DNA of 64,000 bases from positions 468,577 through 532,576 of the forward strand of contig CAZDPG010000001.1 of NCBI GenBank assembly GCA_964507275.1. Reading direction: 5' to 3'. Positions 62,074-64,000 of the stretch are shown here, piece after piece (position 1 is the stretch's first letter; each line of letters starts with the position of its first letter). The notes under the pieces are model-generated. The model made no database searches and was not told where the DNA came from. It worked only from the letters and a program-made list of their open reading frames with translations. The DNA comes from an uncultured Candidatus Saccharibacteria bacterium. GTDB taxonomy: Bacteria > Patescibacteriota > Minisyncoccia > Phycocordibacterales > Phycocordibacteraceae. The translations under genes were made by a program, and so were the position numbers.

Positions 62074-63101
62074 GATTTCTTCGCCGCCTGTTTATCAGCG
62101 ACGTCCTGTATGAGATTCACGAACGACGCCCCGGGGGCACCCTTCGGGAGCGTAATACCCGCATTCTTGTAGATAGTGCCTATCCGTATGAAAGCGTTGC
62201 CGAGATCGAGCACGGCTTGTGGATATTGCTGGAGCGCAAGCATCGTCGCAAGCGGGTCAGTATGCACCCGAGAGAAGTCGGTTGTTATCTCACCCACGCG
62301 CATGAGCGCGTTCACGAGCGCCAGATCTTCCGTAGCGAGCTCTGCCGGCACCGGGAGCACCGCAAGTCCTGCCGCAGAACCGCGGTAGGCCTTTGCTATC
62401 GAGACAATGTGCGCAAGCGCCTCGGCGTCATCGTTCTGGACAGCTGCCGTCAGGTAATGTATCTCGCTTGTCGTCGCATTGCTCGTGTTCTTCAGGAGGA
62501 TTGCCTCGGCACTCACTGCAAATGCGAGGAGTGCCTCACTGCCCGACCCTGAAACCAGAATGTCGCTCGCTTTCTTATAGTCAGGAGCGGCAGACATGGT
62601 CGACGCTAGCGAATTCATGGCTTCCGTTGCAACATCGTTCATCTCGCTTTCAGAAAGATCGCCACCACCATTCTTCTGCTTCGCTTCTAGGAAGAGCGTG
62701 AAGAAGGTTTTCGCGAATGCCGCAGTAAGTGTCCCTTCTGCTGGAGGCGGAGGGAGACCGTCCGAGTCAAGAGAGGATGGGGATGATGCTGCAATCGGAA
62801 CATCCGCGACTGCTTTCGGCACGACGAGCCCTTTCGCAACCGCCTCGCCATCCGTCATCCCGAGGTGGAACGTATCGGTGCTACGCGAATCCGATCCATA
62901 CAGCGACTCCTCCCAATCCGGGAGACCGTCAGCATCGGTGTCTTTCGTCGCGATAGCCTTCAGGAGTTCCGATTCGGCTGACGCTTCCGCCACGCGCGGC
63001 TGCTCGACGCCCCGTGCGAGCACATATGCGCCGATGATGAGCACCGCCGAAAAGAGCGTTGCAGCCAGTACGCGTCGATTTACGGAAATGCCCGCTTCCA
63101 T
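62070..63101 (-). CDS. Membrane-anchored protein with a DxDxDG Ca-binding-like motif
   Basis: N-terminal TM, KDTDADGLPDWEE; TATACT 8 nt before ATG 63101. Confidence 0.75.
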   Translation of the reverse strand: MEAGISVNRRVLAATLFSAVLIIGAYVLARGVEQPRVAEASAESELLKAIATKDTDADGLPDWEESLYGSDSRSTDTFHLGMTDGEAVAKGLVVPKAVADVPIAASSPSSLDSDGLPPPPAEGTLTAAFAKTFFTLFLEAKQKNGGGDLSESEMNDVATEAMNSLASTMSAAPDYKKASDILVSGSGSEALLAFAVSAEAILLKNTSNATTSEIHYLTAAVQNDDAEALAHIVSIAKAYRGSAAGLAVLPVPAELATEDLALVNALMRVGEITTDFSRVHTDPLATMLALQQYPQAVLDLGNAFIRIGTIYKNAGITLPKGAPGASFVNLIQDVADKQAAKKS

Positions 63102-63178
63102 TGCTCTAAAGTATATCACTCCGCGCTGCACAGGCGTGGAGAATGTGGTGATATGAACTGGTCAGAACAGCCTCTCAA

Positions 63179-63925
63179 TCAGGCTCGCAGTACAGAGAAC
63201 CATACTGAGAGCGGCAAATCTTCGGCACGGGCTTTTTCTGGAATGTCGCCACACGGGAGCCCTGCTTCCGATAAGTTCTTCCTCACGAATTTGCGCTTAT
63301 GCGCGAAACCGGCGTGCAAGAGCGTAAAAAACATCTCTTCTTCAGAGCGAGAAGAGAAATTCTTCCGTGAAATATCTCTGACGGAGAGCACTGCTGAATC
63401 CACCTTCGGGGCAGGCCGGAAAGCCCCGCGAGGAACCGTGAATTCATATTTCGGCATACCGTAGGCCTTTACTGAAAGCGAGAGGAGGCTCTCTTTGTCT
63501 GACCGCGCGATACGTTCGGCGACTTCTTTCTGCACGAGGAGGGTCATCGCTGCTGGCTGATTATCCGTTTCTAGGAACATCCTGAATATCTCACCGGTGA
63601 GGTAGTACGGGATATTCGCGACAAGCAAATATCCGTGTGGAAGCGTCCTTATGTCAAACGTGCGGATGTCGCCGCTTATGAGTTCCAACCGCCCTTCTGC
63701 TATTTCATCCGCGAAACTAGTTTGCAGTGTATTAAAAAGCTCGTAATCCGCTTCAAGTGCGATGACTTTTTTCGCAAGCTTCAGGAGTTCTCGCGTGAGC
63801 ATGCCCGTGCCCGGTCCTATCTCAAACACGATGCCGCCCGGAGTGATGTCGGCGGTGATAGCAATACGTTCAGCGATGCGCGCGTGCATCAAGAAATTCT
63901 GTCCGAGTGATTTCTTAGCGTACAT
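63179..63925 (-). CDS. rsmA: 16S rRNA dimethyladenosine transferase
   Basis: KKSLGQNFL, EIGPGTG, VANIPYY, QKEVAERI, PAPKVDSA. Confidence 0.96.
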   Translation of the reverse strand: MYAKKSLGQNFLMHARIAERIAITADITPGGIVFEIGPGTGMLTRELLKLAKKVIALEADYELFNTLQTSFADEIAEGRLELISGDIRTFDIRTLPHGYLLVANIPYYLTGEIFRMFLETDNQPAAMTLLVQKEVAERIARSDKESLLSLSVKAYGMPKYEFTVPRGAFRPAPKVDSAVLSVRDISRKNFSSRSEEEMFFTLLHAGFAHKRKFVRKNLSEAGLPCGDIPEKARAEDLPLSVWFSVLRA

Positions 63926-64000
63926 AGTATCTCTACCTGATAACCCAATCATCATCTGTCTCTCGCGTCGACCCTGTCTCGTCATATACCAGAAGCGAGT

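Overview
The window is a chromosomal segment of a small-genome bacterium. Gene content points to Patescibacteria/CPR, probably Parcubacteria: rpmD is missing from the spc operon, there is a type IV pilus cluster without pilQ, L24 is short, and large uncharacterised membrane proteins are present. In order, it holds a type IV pilus/competence locus (pilins, pilD, pilC, pilT, pilB, pilO, pilN, pilM, comF), a free-standing LAGLIDADG gene next to tRNA-Ser(GCT), a CsoR-regulated metal module, a complete diversity-generating retroelement (DGR), a MacAB-like exporter, groEL/groES, secG, rnj, repair genes, infC-rpmI-rplT, and the str/S10/spc ribosomal cluster. That cluster is interrupted at four points by self-contained units. 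A trio of large secreted or membrane proteins and rsmA end the window. The most notable element is the DGR at 12929-15514. Its 109-bp template and variable repeats differ at 12 positions, all template adenines. The avd-like gene lies antisense between the template repeat and the RT. A C10 tract at the RT/avd junction leaves the likely avd ATG out of frame, and one extra C would restore it, which makes it a candidate phase-variable switch for hypermutation. Other highlights are a HopJ-like::DapD fusion splitting rplB from rpsS, a GrpB cassette flanked by a duplicated gene 3' end, two pilins sharing an identical 95-bp 5' block, two candidate small-RNA units, and many -10 boxes placed directly before start codons. 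All assignments come from motif recognition; no database search was run.
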